Assembly: GCA_002269645.1 (NCBI GenBank)
Contig: NIVC01002495.1
Span: 1-64,000, forward strand
From: Macrostomum lignano
Taxonomy: Eukaryota
Direction of reading: 5' to 3'
DNA length: 64,000 nucleotides
Shown here: one piece after another, positions 22,678 through 35,337 of the stretch
Numbering within the stretch: position 1 is the first letter of the stretch
Layout of the letters: each line of letters opens with the position of its first letter
Position numbers and translations under genes: made by a program
The notes under the pieces: model-generated
Told to the model about the DNA's origin: nothing
The model's database searches: none
What the model saw: the letters and a program-made list of their open reading frames with translations, nothing else

Positions 22678-23668
22678 AGCCTGAGGGTACCAGGACCTGA
22701 GGGTACTGAAGGACCTGACGATACTGTTAGAGACTGAGGGTACCAGGACCTGAGGGTACTGAAGGACCTGACGATACTGTTAGAGACTGAGGGTACCAGG
22801 ACCTGAGGGTACTGAAGGACCTGACGATACTGTTAGAGACTGAGGGTACCAGGACCTGAGGGTACTGAAGGACATGACGATACTGTTAGAGACTGAGGGT
22901 ACCAGGACCTGAGGGTACTGAAGGACATGACGATACTTTTAGAGACTGAGGGTACCAGGACCTGAGGGTACTGAAGGACATGAAGATACTGAAGGACCTG
23001 AGGGTACTGAAGGACCTGAGGGTACTGAAGGATCTGAGGGTAATGAAGGAACTGAGGATACTGAAGGACCTGAGGGTACTGAAGGAACTGAGGATACTGA
23101 AGGACCTGAGGGTACTGAAGGAACTGAGGGTACTGAAGGACCTGAGGGTACTGAAGGAACTGAGGGTACTGAAGGAACTGAGGGTACTGAAGGAACTGAG
23201 GGTACTGAAGGACCTGAGGGTACTGAAGGAACTGAGGGTACTGAAGGAACTGAGGGTACTGAAGGAACTGAGGGTACTGAAGGACCTGAGGGTACTGAAG
23301 GAACTGAGGGTACTGAAGGAACTGAGGGTACTGAAGGAACTGAGGGTACTGAAGGAACTGAGGGTACTGAAGGAACTGAGGGTACTGAAGGAACTGAGGG
23401 TACTGAAGGAACTGAGGGTACTGAAGGAACTGAGGGTACTGAAGGAACTGAGGGTACTGAAGGAACTGAGGGTACTGAAGGAACTGAGGGTACTGAAGGA
23501 CCTGGGGCACTGAAGGAACTGGGGGTACTGAAGCACCTGAGGATACTGAAGGAACTGAGGATACTGAAGGAACTGAGGGTACTGAAGGAACTGAGGGTAC
23601 TGAAGGAACTGGGGGTACTGAAGAACCTGAGGATACTGAAGGAACCGAGGGTACTGAAGCACCTGAAG
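22678..23668. repeat. 18-bp minisatellite (CTGAGGGTACTGAAGGAA) with a 53-bp higher-order unit at the left end
   Basis: Directly visible; explains the LQYPQF/VLKELR/SVP ORFs. Confidence 0.95.
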
Positions 23669-24377
23669 GGCATGCGAATTGAACGAACTTTCCGCTATCT
23701 GTACATCGCTGTCAATTCGAGTGAACTCGGTGCGCACAGAAGTGCAGTTAAAGTTCGAGCTGAACTGAAGTACATGAGTACCAGAGTGCTCTGTAGAAAA
23801 TGGCATGGCCCAACCTTTCCGTACAATCACGTACAACCAATCAGCAAAGCCTTACGTATAACACTTTGCACTCACTCGCTGAGAAAAATGCACTTCGATT
23901 AAGTGCTTTTGAATGTACACGCAACGTACATCGGGCAGTTGCGTCCATTAAAAATATGTACATTGCCTTCCGTGTGCGGGTGTGTTGAAATTTGGTCTAA
24001 TAGCTCGTAATTTTATGGCCAAGGTTTATCAGCTGTTTATAATTCAGTAATTTCACTAGGTATGGGCTGATTGGAATCTTAAATTAAGTCTATTTTCTAT
24101 CTGCAAATTGTACACTTTGGAACTACAGCATTAAAATACTTGAAGCTTGAAGTTGAAGTTCGATCCAGCTTTAAGATAAACTTGTCTGAACCCAGTACGC
24201 ACGAAATTTTAGTCAGCTTTCAGCAGGAACTGTGATTGTTATTATTTGCGCAGAAAAGCTCTATTACTTAAATTATTACAGTAATAAATATATAGCAGGA
24301 ACTGTGCGCGTTGCCAAAAGAGGATATTCATATATTTGATAATTTTCTATTTTTATTATTTTAATGAAATTGCCCAG

Positions 24378-24494
24378 AGCAGCCCAAGCGGTCATGACTG
24401 GCGAGTACAGGCGCAGCTTTGAGAACACTTACTATCGTCGGGCTGAACTGCTCGGCACTGAGCTGGGCGAGGACACCTGTACGCTGACGTTTAA
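24378..24494 (+). other. Isolated exon-like block (117 nt), parent gene unknown
   Basis: CAG acceptor, GTGAGT donor, length divisible by 3, GC-rich island in AT-rich DNA; open frame AAQAVMTGEYRRSFENTYYRRAELLGTELGEDTCTLTF. Confidence 0.45.
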
Positions 24495-24604
24495 GTGAGT
24501 CTGCTATGAGCTCTTCATAAGTAACTAATTCAATTCTATAGTAAGTCTATAGTAACAAACTCAAGGCAATAAAAATTTGTTTTAAAAAAAGTGCATTTTG
24601 AAGC

Positions 24605-24783
24605 CAGGGACTACTCAAACACCGGGACGGGAAACTAAAATTTTTTACGAGGCTGGCTGGCAATTATTTTCATTAGAGAGATGCTGTGTTACTTTGTTGT
24701 CTATGGTTATTTCCTACTGCTGATAGAAGACCAGCCTCGTAAAAAAATTCTAGTTTCCCGTCCCGGTGTTTGAGTAGTCCCTG
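24605..24783. mobile_element. 179-bp hAT MITE with ~50-bp TIRs
   Basis: CAGGGACTACTCAAACACCGGGACGGGAAACTA... / ...TAGTTTCCCGTCCCGGTGTTTGAGTAGTCCCTG; flanks TTTGAAGC / TTCGAAGC (7/8 TSD match). Confidence 0.85.
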
Positions 24784-25259
24784 TTCGAAGCAATGGCAAT
24801 GAATTCCTTAATTTCTAAAAAGGATAGTATAAATTAAAATTTGTTTGAATGAAGCCAACCGCAGGATGAGTTTCTCAAGCTCGAAATTACGCATAATCAA
24901 CAAGCAAGACTTTTCGAAGAACTTGAAAGTTCTTTCTATATAAGCGAAATAAAAACATACTTAATTAATAGTATAGACTGATTAAAACAGAAATTAGTTA
25001 AAAACTTAATCTCATGTATTTTGTTTTTAAAAGCATGATACTATCTTTACTTCTTTCACCAAGTTTAATTTCTTCATAAGTTCATAAAAATCCGGGTGTT
25101 CTTCATTGGTCAATCAGCCTGAAAATTCAAAATGTTGACTGGAAAAAATTGCTGAGCTCTCCGAGGACTGTCAATTGCAAGAACAAAATAAATCTTCGAG
25201 ATTTCTCAGTCACTAGCATTAAAACCCCCACCCCCAACCGATAAAGCCCCTAATGTAGG

Positions 25260-26048
25260 ACTCTCCCACCGATAAGCTTTTCCCGCAGGGGTTTCCCCCA
25301 CCGACAAGTGGATTCCCCTTTCTCGCAGGGGATTCCCCCACCGACAAGTGGATTTCCCTTTCCTACAGGGCATTCCCCCACCGACAAATGGATTCCCCAT
25401 TTCCCGCAGGGGATTTCCCCACTGACAAGTAACCCTAACCCTAACCCTAACCCGGATTTCCCTTTCCCACAGGGCATTCCCCACCGACAAATGGATTTCC
25501 CATTTCCCGCAGGGGATTTCCCCACTGACAAGTAACCCTAACCCTAACCCTAACCCGGATTTCCCTTTCCCACAGGGCATTCCCCCACCGACAAATGGAT
25601 TCCCCATTTCCCGCAGGGGATTTCCCACTGACAAGTAACCCTAACCCTAACCCTAACCCGGATTTCCCTTTCCCACAGGGCATTCCCCCACCGACAAATG
25701 GATTCCCCATTTCCCGCAGGGGATTTCCCCACTGACAAGTAACCCTAACCCTAACCCTAACCCGGATTTCCCTTTCCCACAGGGCATTCCCCACCGACAA
25801 ATGGATTCCCCATTTCCCGCAGGGGATTTCCCCACTGACAAGTAACCCTAACCCTAACCCTAACCCGGATTTCCCTTTCCCACAGGGCATTCCCCCACCG
25901 ACAAATGGATTCCCCATTTCCCGCAGGGGATTTCCCCACTGACAAGTAACCCTAACCCTAACCCTAACCCGGATTTCCCTTTCCCACAGGGCATTCCCCA
26001 CCGACAAATGGATTCCCCATTTCCCGCAGGGGATTTCCCTACTGACAA
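25260..26048. repeat. ~103-bp satellite, each full unit containing (TAACCC)4
   Basis: Telomere-motif blocks at ~25430, 25533, 25636, 25740, 25843 and 25947, separated by a conserved C-rich spacer. Confidence 0.95.
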
Positions 26049-27124
26049 GCCTACGTGAGGTTTATTTGCTTAAAAAGTGTTTAAATAAAGTTTTTTCTCT
26101 TGCTTGCCGACACATTTTTATAAAGAAAAATTTTAAACTACCAAAGTCTATCGTTAAAATAACGGCCTTCAATCTCAAAAAGCGATTAATTATCTTGTAC
26201 CTACTAAAATGCGAAGACGCTGCAAGTAGCAAGCGAGCGAACCAACGCCCCCGCTTAGCAGTTGGCACGAGTGAGTGGAATGAAAACAAATTTTCCACAG
26301 CTAACTAGATTAAAAGAGGAACCGGGTCTCAGATCAGGCGATATCCATGAAGCTAGTTGCTATTAGGTCTCACGGCTATAGCAATAAAGTTGTTGCAAAT
26401 TCTTACTCGCAGCATAGCTGGCATTCTTCAAGTGCACGCCTTCCATACGGGAGCGCTCCCACACACAGGGCGCTCCCATTGTCGCCGCCCGACTCGCAGC
26501 AAAACTAGCTTTTTTCTTCTTTTGCTACACCATCTGGCTTGCGTTTGAGTCTTTGCGGTTCGAGAGAGATCTCTATACGCTTGTGTATGTATGGCTCTTA
26601 TTGATTTTATTCGAATCGAACGGCAACCCACCCCTCCTTCGCATTCCCCAGCCCTGTTGAGCGCATATCTGTCTCTGCTCCTCGCTCATTCCATATCAAG
26701 CGTAACACTTGAGAATTTAGCCGCACTACAAATATCTAGCAGTTTTATTTATATATTGAAGCATTGGCGGCACTGGGCGAGGTGTGAGCCTATTATAATT
26801 TACTAATAGTCTACTAGATTATATATACACTAAGCCGAAAGTTTCAATGCTAACAGTCAGCCGCCGCAGGTGACCTGTGGGGGACTTCAGATTTCTAACA
26901 ACTGGTGTGGATCTGCTTATAGCAGTCTGCATCAGCTGCATATTGTAGTTACCTGCTGCTGAGCACTGAAGCACCATGGAGTAAGTACCGATCTGCACTG
27001 CTAGCATTTCAGAATCTTGCTAATTCGCTTACAGAGTTATGATTGAAATGGAATTCTAGATATAGCTCAGGCCCAACGGCAAGCAATATCAAAATAGACA
27101 TTTGATCACTTTCGTAGATACAGC

Positions 27125-28050
27125 AAGTGTCTAACACATGCAGTTACCAGTAGACATGATGGCAGATAGCAGACACAACCGCAGATACCAACAGACACAA
27201 TTTCAGATACCAGCAGACACAATCGCAGATACCAGAAGACACAACCGCAAATACCAGCAGACACAACTGCAGATACCAGCAGACACAACCGTAGATACCA
27301 GCAGACACAACCGCAGATACCAGCGGACACAACTGCAGATACCAGCGGACACAACCGCAGATACCAGCAGACAAAACCACAGATACCAACAGAAACAACC
27401 GCAGACACCAGCAGACACAACCGTAGATACCAGCAGACACAACCGCAGATACCAGCAGACACAATCGCAGATACCAGCAGACACAACCGCAGATACCAAC
27501 AGACACAACCGCAGACACCAGCAGACACAACCGTAGATACCAGCAGACACAACCGCAGACACCAGCAGACAAAACCACAGATACCAACAGAAACAACCGC
27601 AGACACAAGCAGAAACAACCGCAGATGCCAGCAGACACAACCGCAGATACCAGCAGACACAACCGTAGATACCAACAGAAACAACCGCAGACACCAGCAG
27701 ACACAATCGCAGATACCAGCAGACACAATCCCAGATACCAGCAGACACAATCGCAGATACCAGCAGACACAACCGCAGATACCAGCAGACAAAACCACAG
27801 ATACCAACAGAAACAACCGCAGACACCAGCAGACACAACCGCAGACACCAGCAGACACAACCGTAGATACCAGCAGACACAACCGTAGATACCAGCAGAC
27901 ACAACCGTAGATACCAGCAGACACAACCGTAGATACCAGCAGACACAACCGCAGATACCAGCAGACACAACTGCAGACACCAGCAGACACAACCGTAGAT
28001 ACCAGCAGACACAACCGTAGATACCAGCAGACACAACCGCAGACACCAGT
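27125..28050. repeat. 22-bp minisatellite (CAGCAGACACAACCGCAGATAC)
   Basis: Directly visible; source of the Cys/Val-rich minus-strand ORFs. Confidence 0.95.
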
Positions 28051-28371
28051 AGCTACACACAGCCAGGCTTGCGCTGCCCAGCCTCAGCACTCAGAGCCAA
28101 ACGCCCCGCTTCCAGAGGTGAGACCCACCAGCTAAACGACAAGAAAGTCCCACCAGCCGGAAAGTACACAGAGGAAGCCAGGTATATCTTGCAGTTTGCG
28201 CCTCCATTCTTGAAACTCTTGCAGCGGTGGCGGGACGCAAGATGCGTTGCTATTTTTTTCACAGCATTTTGAACTGCTTCGATTGCATGACGAATCGGTT
28301 TCTGCGATCTCTGTGCCAGTTTTACTTTGCGAACTCATTATAGGAGATTATCAAGCTAAAACTTAACATTG

Positions 28372-31300
28372 ATGCCTCCCAGCAACCCGCCCGAGACGGA
28401 TGGCGACCGAGATCTCATTGTTGGCGATGGTAGCGGCGGCAGCAGTGGAGGCGCCGGCCCGCCTCTGTCCAAAGTGCGCATTTTGCTGCTCAACTTGTCC
28501 TTCCTCGGCCTGAACCTCATGTTCCTGGTGCTCTCCGTAGTAGGTGAGGAAATGTTGAACTGAACTTGAACTGACGAAATATTGGTTGGTGCAAAGTTAT
28601 TGGGGACTTGAGATCGATTTATTAATGTTGACCCGGCTCTTGACAGAAATTATTGAGTTGGACCAAGCTAAATTCAGTGAGATTAGATTCTGGCGAGATT
28701 AGATTCAGGTGAGATTAGATTCAGGCGAGATTAGATTCTGGTGAGATTAGATTCCGGTGAGATTAGATTCCGGTGAGATTAGATTCTGGTGAGATTAGAT
28801 TCAGGTGAGATTAGATTCAGGTGAGATTAGATTCAGGTGAGATTAGATTCTGGTGAGATTAGATTCAGTGAGATTAGATTTAGGTGAGGTTAGATTCAGT
28901 GAGATTAGATTCAAGTGAGATTAGCCTCAGGTGAGATTAGATTCAGGTGAGATTATATTCAGTTGATACTAAATTCAGGTAAGAATATATTTGCGATAGA
29001 TTAGATTCAGGTGAGATTAAATTGTGAAAAAATTACACATGAATTATTAAAAGGTATTGATCGCTAAATCAGCAATACATGGATAAAACATGTTATTGTG
29101 ATCTCACAATCCATTCCCACCGAACCACTCCAGTGGTCCCAGCCCAGGTGCAGGCGATGGTCGGTTCGGGCAACAAGGGCTCGGTGTTGGGCGGCATGGT
29201 GGCCGGTGGCGCCGTGCTGACCTTCATCTCTGGCCCGCTAATCGGCATGCAGAGCGATCGGCTGGTGTCCAAATTCGGACGTCGGCGACCCGTCATGGTG
29301 GTGGCCACGCTGTGTCTGTGGTGAGTTGCCCGCACTTTTTGCTGGTAGTGGGGTGGGTGTGGAGTGCGGTGTCTATGGAGTGCGGTGTCTATGGAGTGCG
29401 GTGTCTATGGAGTGCGGTGTCTATGGAGTGCGGTGTCTATGGAGTGCGGTGTCTATGAAGTGCGGTGTCTATGGAGTGCGGTGTCTATGGAGTGCGGTGT
29501 CTATGGAGTGAAGTGTCTATGGAGTGCAGTGTCTATGGAGTGCAGTGTCTATTGTGTGCGGTGTCTATGGAGTGCAGTGTCTATGGAGTGAAGTGTCTAT
29601 GGAGTGCAGTGTCTATGGAGTGCAGTGTCTATTGTGTGCGGTGTCTATGGAGTGCAGTGTCTATGGAGTGAAGTGTCTATGGAGTGCGGTGTCTATGGAG
29701 TGCGGTGTCTATGGAGTGCGGTGTCTATGGAGTGCGGTGTCTATGGAGTGCGGTGTCTATGGAGTGCGGTGTCTATGGAGTGCGGTGTCTATGGAGTGCG
29801 GTGTCTATAAAGTGCGGTATCTATGGAATGCAGTGTCTATGGAGTGCAGCGTCTATGGTGTACGGTGTCTATGGAAGCTTCAGTCGTAGTGTCGTCGCTG
29901 TAATAAGTCAGTTCATTAATAAATTTGAAAAGTATGCGGAAAGTATGGTAGCTAGCGGAGCAATTTAATTTGTAATTTCTGCTATTGTTGACAGCTAAGC
30001 AATGCAATAGATCTTTTCACCTGCTTTTCGCTTCGTACCTTGCCGCTATTTTCCCATTGTTTTTGGCGCCACATTTTTTCGATGCACTTTCTGACCCTTT
30101 CCCCTTCCCACTCTTTTGAATTCCCCAGTCACTTTCGCCCTCCAGCTTCCCTTGCTTCATCAGCGCTTGAGGCCACCGTCTGTTCCGCCCTGCCTGCAGC
30201 CCTCGGCCTCTCCAACCCTTCCGCACGGCTCTGGGAGGCGAGCAGAGGGAAAAGAATAGAAAATCGATGCCCCACACCACAGCAGAGAAAAAACAGTTCT
30301 CAACACGCGCTGATGTCGCACCCGCTCACTCACTCATTTCAGTCTGGGCCTGCTCGGCATGGGACTGAGCGCGCCGAAGGTGCACTTGTGAGTGACTGCC
30401 GATTTCCGTTCGTGATTTAAAAAAGGCGCCAGTTAAAAAAAATCACTTTCGGTATTTGATAATTTCCTGGAATTTTAAAATTACAACACTACTTTTAGTA
30501 ACATATTCCCATGGAGTGTTTCGTTTGTATTTTCTGCTTTGAAGCCTCTTTACTCTGCTTCTTTTGTTGCAGCAAAAAAATGGTCAATGGAGAAAATGGA
30601 ACTTCGAATACCGACGAAAACGGAATGGTAAGGGAAGGGCAGCTCATTGTTTAAGGCAACCCAAACTTAACACAACCCAGCTCAAACCCCAGCTCAAACC
30701 CCAACCCGAAACCAGCCCCAGCTCAAACCCCAGCTCAAACCCCAGCTCAAACCCTAACCCGAATCCAGCCCAGCTCAAACCCCAGCTCAAACCCCAACCC
30801 GAATCCAGCCCAGCTCAAGCCCCAGCCCAAACCCCAACCCGAATCCAGCCCAGCTCAAGCCCCAACCCCAACTCGCGGCGCCCACAGTGCAACGTGGACC
30901 TGGTGCAAGTCCGCTGCAAGCCGTTCTACCAGTACAGAAACGGCAGCAGCTACTACAACCCCTACCTGAAGGAGTATCGCACCAAAAAAGTGGTGCTGGA
31001 AGCCAAAGAGGAAAATCTTGCCGTGGATGACGAAGTTTTATCCGGAAGTCTGGGTTAGTAACTCTTAGTGGCAAAAAATATGTTTACAATAGTTGCCATG
31101 GCTACTGTATTTTATTAGGCCCATATAATACAATATTAAACGCATTACAATCATTGCAGGCCTATTCATACCGTTCTATTTTGTGGTGACAGTCTCCTAC
31201 GTGTGCACCATCACACCCTATAACGCTCTCATCGCTGACAAGGCGCATCCATCCCAGAGAGGTGAATTCTTTGCAATAAAAACACTTAAGTTATATGAGT

Positions 31301-34300
31301 GTCATTAAAATAACTGTACTATATGTTCCCTACTGCGGACAGTAATAAGTGGAGCACGTGTTCGTTATAATCAATTTCCAGGTCTCAGCAGCGGAGTTAT
31401 GGGCGGCATGATTCTGCTGGGCAACATTTCCGGGGCCGCGTTGGGGCTGTTTATAAACGTATGTGACTTTGGCTTAGTGTGGCTTTAACTGTACTATATC
31501 TGCTAATCCTCTTAGTCTGAGTATCATCCGTTGAGCACAGTCAGCTGACTCACTATTGAGCACAGTGAGCAGCACAGTCAGCTGACTCACTATTGAGCAC
31601 AGTGAGCAGCACAGTCAGCTGACTCACTATTGAGCACAGTGAGCAGCACAGTCAGCTGACTCACTATTGAGCACAGTGAGCAGCACAGTCAGCTGACTCA
31701 CTATTGAGCACAGTGAGCAGCACAGTCAGCTGACTCACTATTGAGTACAGTGAGCAGTCAGCTGAGCACCAATTCTAAATCTCCCACTCCAACAGAACCT
31801 TGGCGTCCTGGGTCTGTATGGCGTGGTGATTTGCATCCTGATTCCCTGCATCGCAATCACAGTGTTCTCAGTAGAAGAACCGCCAACAAAGGACACGCAT
31901 CCACCAATCAGTGAGTCTCTGAGAACAATTTTCGCCTGATCAAAGTTTGAAAATCGATTAACTCCCTTTTTTATTCATTTTTTTGCAGAATGCAAGGACC
32001 TGCTACTTGGATTTTGGATGCCATTGAAAGGTATTTTAAAACCTTACTCGACTACTTATCATTGCAGTAATCAGTAGTAAATAGAAAAGTCGTCAAATTC
32101 ATTTTATTGCATTGATACTAATTTTTCAGAACACGACTTTCGATGGGTTTTTATTACTCGTTTCCTGATGCAGCAGGGATTATCAACTGTCGTTGGGTAA
32201 GTGTTAAGCTACTCATAGTAGCATACAGTCTATTTATTTTTTAATTAACCAATTGTCTATCCGTCCTGCAGATTCTTGGAATACTGGCTTGGCGACATGG
32301 TGAACCTGCCGAATTGCTGGAACGCGGCTAAGGGCGTCTCAATGCTGCTCATTCCGCTGCTCTGCACTGCCGCGCTATCGTGAGTCGTTTATAAATGAAA
32401 TTTCATTATTGGAGTCTCTGGGAAAATATTTACTTTGCTGTCGGTTGCCAGCCAATCAGCTCAGAGTTCAGTATCTCAGCCAATCAGCTCAGGTTCAGTG
32501 TCCCAGCCAATCAGCTCAGAGTTCAGTATCTCAGCCAATCAGCTCAGAGTTCAGTGTCCCAGCCAATCAGCTCAGGTTCAGTGTCCCAGCTAATCAGCTC
32601 AGGTTCAGTGTCCCAGCCAATCAGCTCAGAGTTCAGTGTCCCAGCCAATCAGCTCAGAGTTCAGTGTCCCAGCCAATCAGCTCAGGTTCAGTGTCCCAGC
32701 CAATCAGCTCAGGTTCAGTGTCCCAGCCAATCAGCTCAGGTTCAGTGTCCCAGCCAATCAGCTCAGGTTCAGTGTCCCAGCCAATCAGCTCAGGTTCAGT
32801 ATCCCAGCCAATCAGCTCAGGTTCAGTATCCCAGCCAATCAGCTCAGAGTTCAGTGTCCCAGCCAATCAGCTCAGGTTCAGTGCCGCAGCCAATCAGCCC
32901 AGAGTGCACAGTCGCAGCCAAAACCCCACCCCGTCGCCACAGCTCCGTGGTCTCCGGCCTGCTGTCAGACAAGATCGGCCGCCGCAAGCCCCTGGTGATC
33001 GCCGCCTCCGTCCTGATGGGCTTCAGCGCCGCGTTCCTGGCGGGCCTGCGCGGCCAGCACGCCTTCTACATCGCTACCGCCCTCTCCGTGATCTTCGGCC
33101 TCTCATTCGGCGGCTACCAGGCTGTGGACTTCGCCCTGCTCATGGACGTGCTGCCTGACGAGAATGACAAGTCACGTGACATCGCCGTCTGGCAGCAGGT
33201 TCGTTTTTAGAGAACTACCTTGGGATTTACCTATGCTTGCTGTCTCAGCCCAATCAAAATTCTCTTGGATAACTCAGCCAAGCCGTGGAACATCTCAAAT
33301 CCCATCTAGAAGATTTATGATGTCCCATCTACTTCTTAAAATATTTAATATTTTACAGAATTCCAAATGTATCCTATCTAGAATTCCATCTCAAATCCCA
33401 TTTTGAATTTCAATTGCATACCAATTGCATCGTTCATCTCGAATTCCATCTTAAACCTCATCCCGAATCCCCAGCATCCCATTCTGAATCCCCAGCATCC
33501 CATTCTGAATCCCAAGCATCTCATCCTGAATCCCAAGCATTCCATCCTGAATCCCAAGCATCCCATCCTGAATCCCAAGCATCCCATCCTGAATCCCAAG
33601 CATTCCATCCTGAATCCCAAGCATCCCATCCTGAATCCCAAGCATCCCATCCTGAATCCCAAGCATCCCATCCTGAATCCCAAGCATCCCATCCTGAATC
33701 CCAAGCATTCCATCCTGAATCCCAAGCATCCCATCCTGAATCCCAAGCATCCCATCCTGAATCCCAAGCATCCCATCCTGAATCCCAAGCATCCCATCCT
33801 GAATCCCAAGCATCCCATCCTGAATCCCAAGCATCCCATCCTGAATCCCAAGCATCCCATCCTGAATCCCAAGCATCCCATCCTGAATCCCAAGCATCCC
33901 ATCCTAAATCCCAAGCTGGGATTCCCAAAATTTCCCAACATTCCCAACATTCCCAACACTCCCAACATCCCAACATCCCATCTAAATCCCATTTGCATCC
34001 CATCTCAAATCCCCATTGCATCCCATCTCAAATCCCATTTGCATCCCATCTCAATCCCATTTGCATCCCATCTCAATCCCATTTGCATCCCATCTCAAAT
34101 CCCATTTTCATCCCATCTCAAATCCCTATTGCATCCCATCTCAAATCTCCATTGCATCCCATCTCAAATCCCATTTGCATCCCATCTCAATCCCATTTGC
34201 ATCCCATCTCAAATCCCTATTGCATCCCATCTCAAATCCTTATTGCATCCCATCTCAAATCCCCATTGCATCCCATCTCAAATCCCATTTGCATCCCATC

Positions 34301-34813
34301 TCAAATCCCATTTGCATCCCATCTCAAATCCCATTTGCATCCCATCTCAAATCCCTATTGCATCCCATCTCAAATCCTTATTGCATCCCATCTCAAATCC
34401 CCATTGCATCCCATCTCAAATCCCATTTGCATCCCATCTCAAATCCCATTTGCATCCCATCTCAAATCCCATTTGCATCCCATCTCAAATCCCATTTGCA
34501 TCCCATCTCAAATCCCATTTGCATCCCATCTCAAATCCCTATTGCATCCCATCTCAAATCCTTATTGCATCCCATCTCAAATCCCCATTGCATCCCATCT
34601 CAAATCCCATTTGCATCCCATTCCTCAACCGGCTGTCTGCAGGCGCTGGTGCTGCCGCAAGCCCTGGCAGTGCCAGTGGGCGGCATCATACTGGACTTAT
34701 TCGAGCGAGTGAACTGCAAGATCGGCCTTGGCTACATCATACTGTTCTCAGTGACGGCTGTCTATTTCGTTCTAAGCGGCTTATTTGTGATGCGAATCCA
34801 GCGAGCCAAGTGA
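28372..34813 (+). CDS. Major facilitator superfamily transporter, 13 exons, ~520 aa
   Basis: Exons 28372-28543, 29134-29320, 30343-30387, 30573-30627, 30888-31053, 31160-31261, 31382-31458, 31796-31910, 31989-32030, 32130-32196, 32272-32379, 32943-33198, 34643-34813 (sum 1563 nt; all GT-AG; phases consistent). MFS motif A occurs twice (GMQSDRLVSKFGRRRP; GLLSDKIGRRKP) with multiple hydrophobic helices. Confidence 0.88.
28670..28990. repeat. 16-bp minisatellite (GAGATTAGATTCAGGT), MFS intron 1
   Basis: Directly visible. Confidence 0.9.
29360..29875. repeat. 16-bp minisatellite (GAGTGCGGTGTCTATG), MFS intron 2
   Basis: Directly visible; begins ~40 nt after the donor at 29320. Confidence 0.95.
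30670..30866. repeat. 12-bp-based minisatellite (CCCAGCTCAAAC), MFS intron 4
   Basis: Directly visible; ends ~20 nt before the acceptor at 30887. Confidence 0.9.
31530..31765. repeat. 37-bp minisatellite, MFS intron 7
   Basis: Unit GCACAGTCAGCTGACTCACTATTGAGCACAGTGAGCA, ~6 copies. Confidence 0.9.
32448..32900. repeat. 27/28-bp minisatellite (CAGCCAATCAGCTCAGGTTCAGTGTCC), MFS intron 11
   Basis: Directly visible. Confidence 0.92.
33460..34620. repeat. Two adjacent minisatellites (21-bp CATCCCATCCTGAATCCCAAG, then ~23-bp TGCATCCCATCTCAAATCCCATT), MFS intron 12
   Basis: Directly visible; the second array ends ~20 nt before the acceptor at 34642. Confidence 0.92.
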
Positions 34814-35337
34814 CAGGGGGAGATCGGTGACCCGTCATCAGTGATTGCTGTTCATGTTTTTATCTCAACACATATTGTCCCTCAATGCAGTGCTGCCTGC
34901 GCCCTCGCTTGCTTATTTGCTCTAGAACAATAAATGTCACTCGGTAAATGTACTTTAAACCAATCCGCTCCACCGTTTTGCTTAGAAGTTGCTTCAATGG
35001 CATCAGTAGTATGTAGCGACTCTGACTGACTATTTTGTCTTTTATTTTTTTAGTTTTGCCATCCATCAATTGGCAAATATTATACTCTGGAGAGGTCGGA
35101 ATGCATCTACCAAGCTTTCAACTGATGCGCTATCTGCACTACTTACTTGTCAGATATCTTTCGCTTATTGTCATTGTTCCTGCTGTTCTTGTAGCTGCTT
35201 CTGTTTTTGTTTTTAGTTTCCTGTAATACCTAGCTGGCAGATTATTTTGTATTGCACTGTTTATGCACAAATATATCTATATGATGTAGTGCTGTTGTGC
35301 AGTTGGCTGGCTGTTAAATTGCAGATATTTTTATGGC

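Noticed and set aside
22833-23836. Repetitive ORFs of 177-316 aa (also 27106-28090, 33378-34830, 41385-41990, 44330-45668, 47891-51248, 54788-55575)
   Set aside because: Each is a tandem DNA repeat read through. In the three genes the true exons are bounded by GT-AG sites that exclude the arrays.
25430-25970. Telomere or chromosome-fusion scar
   Set aside because: Only four TAACCC units per block, in one orientation, regularly spaced inside a satellite unit; no long pure tract or head-to-head junction.
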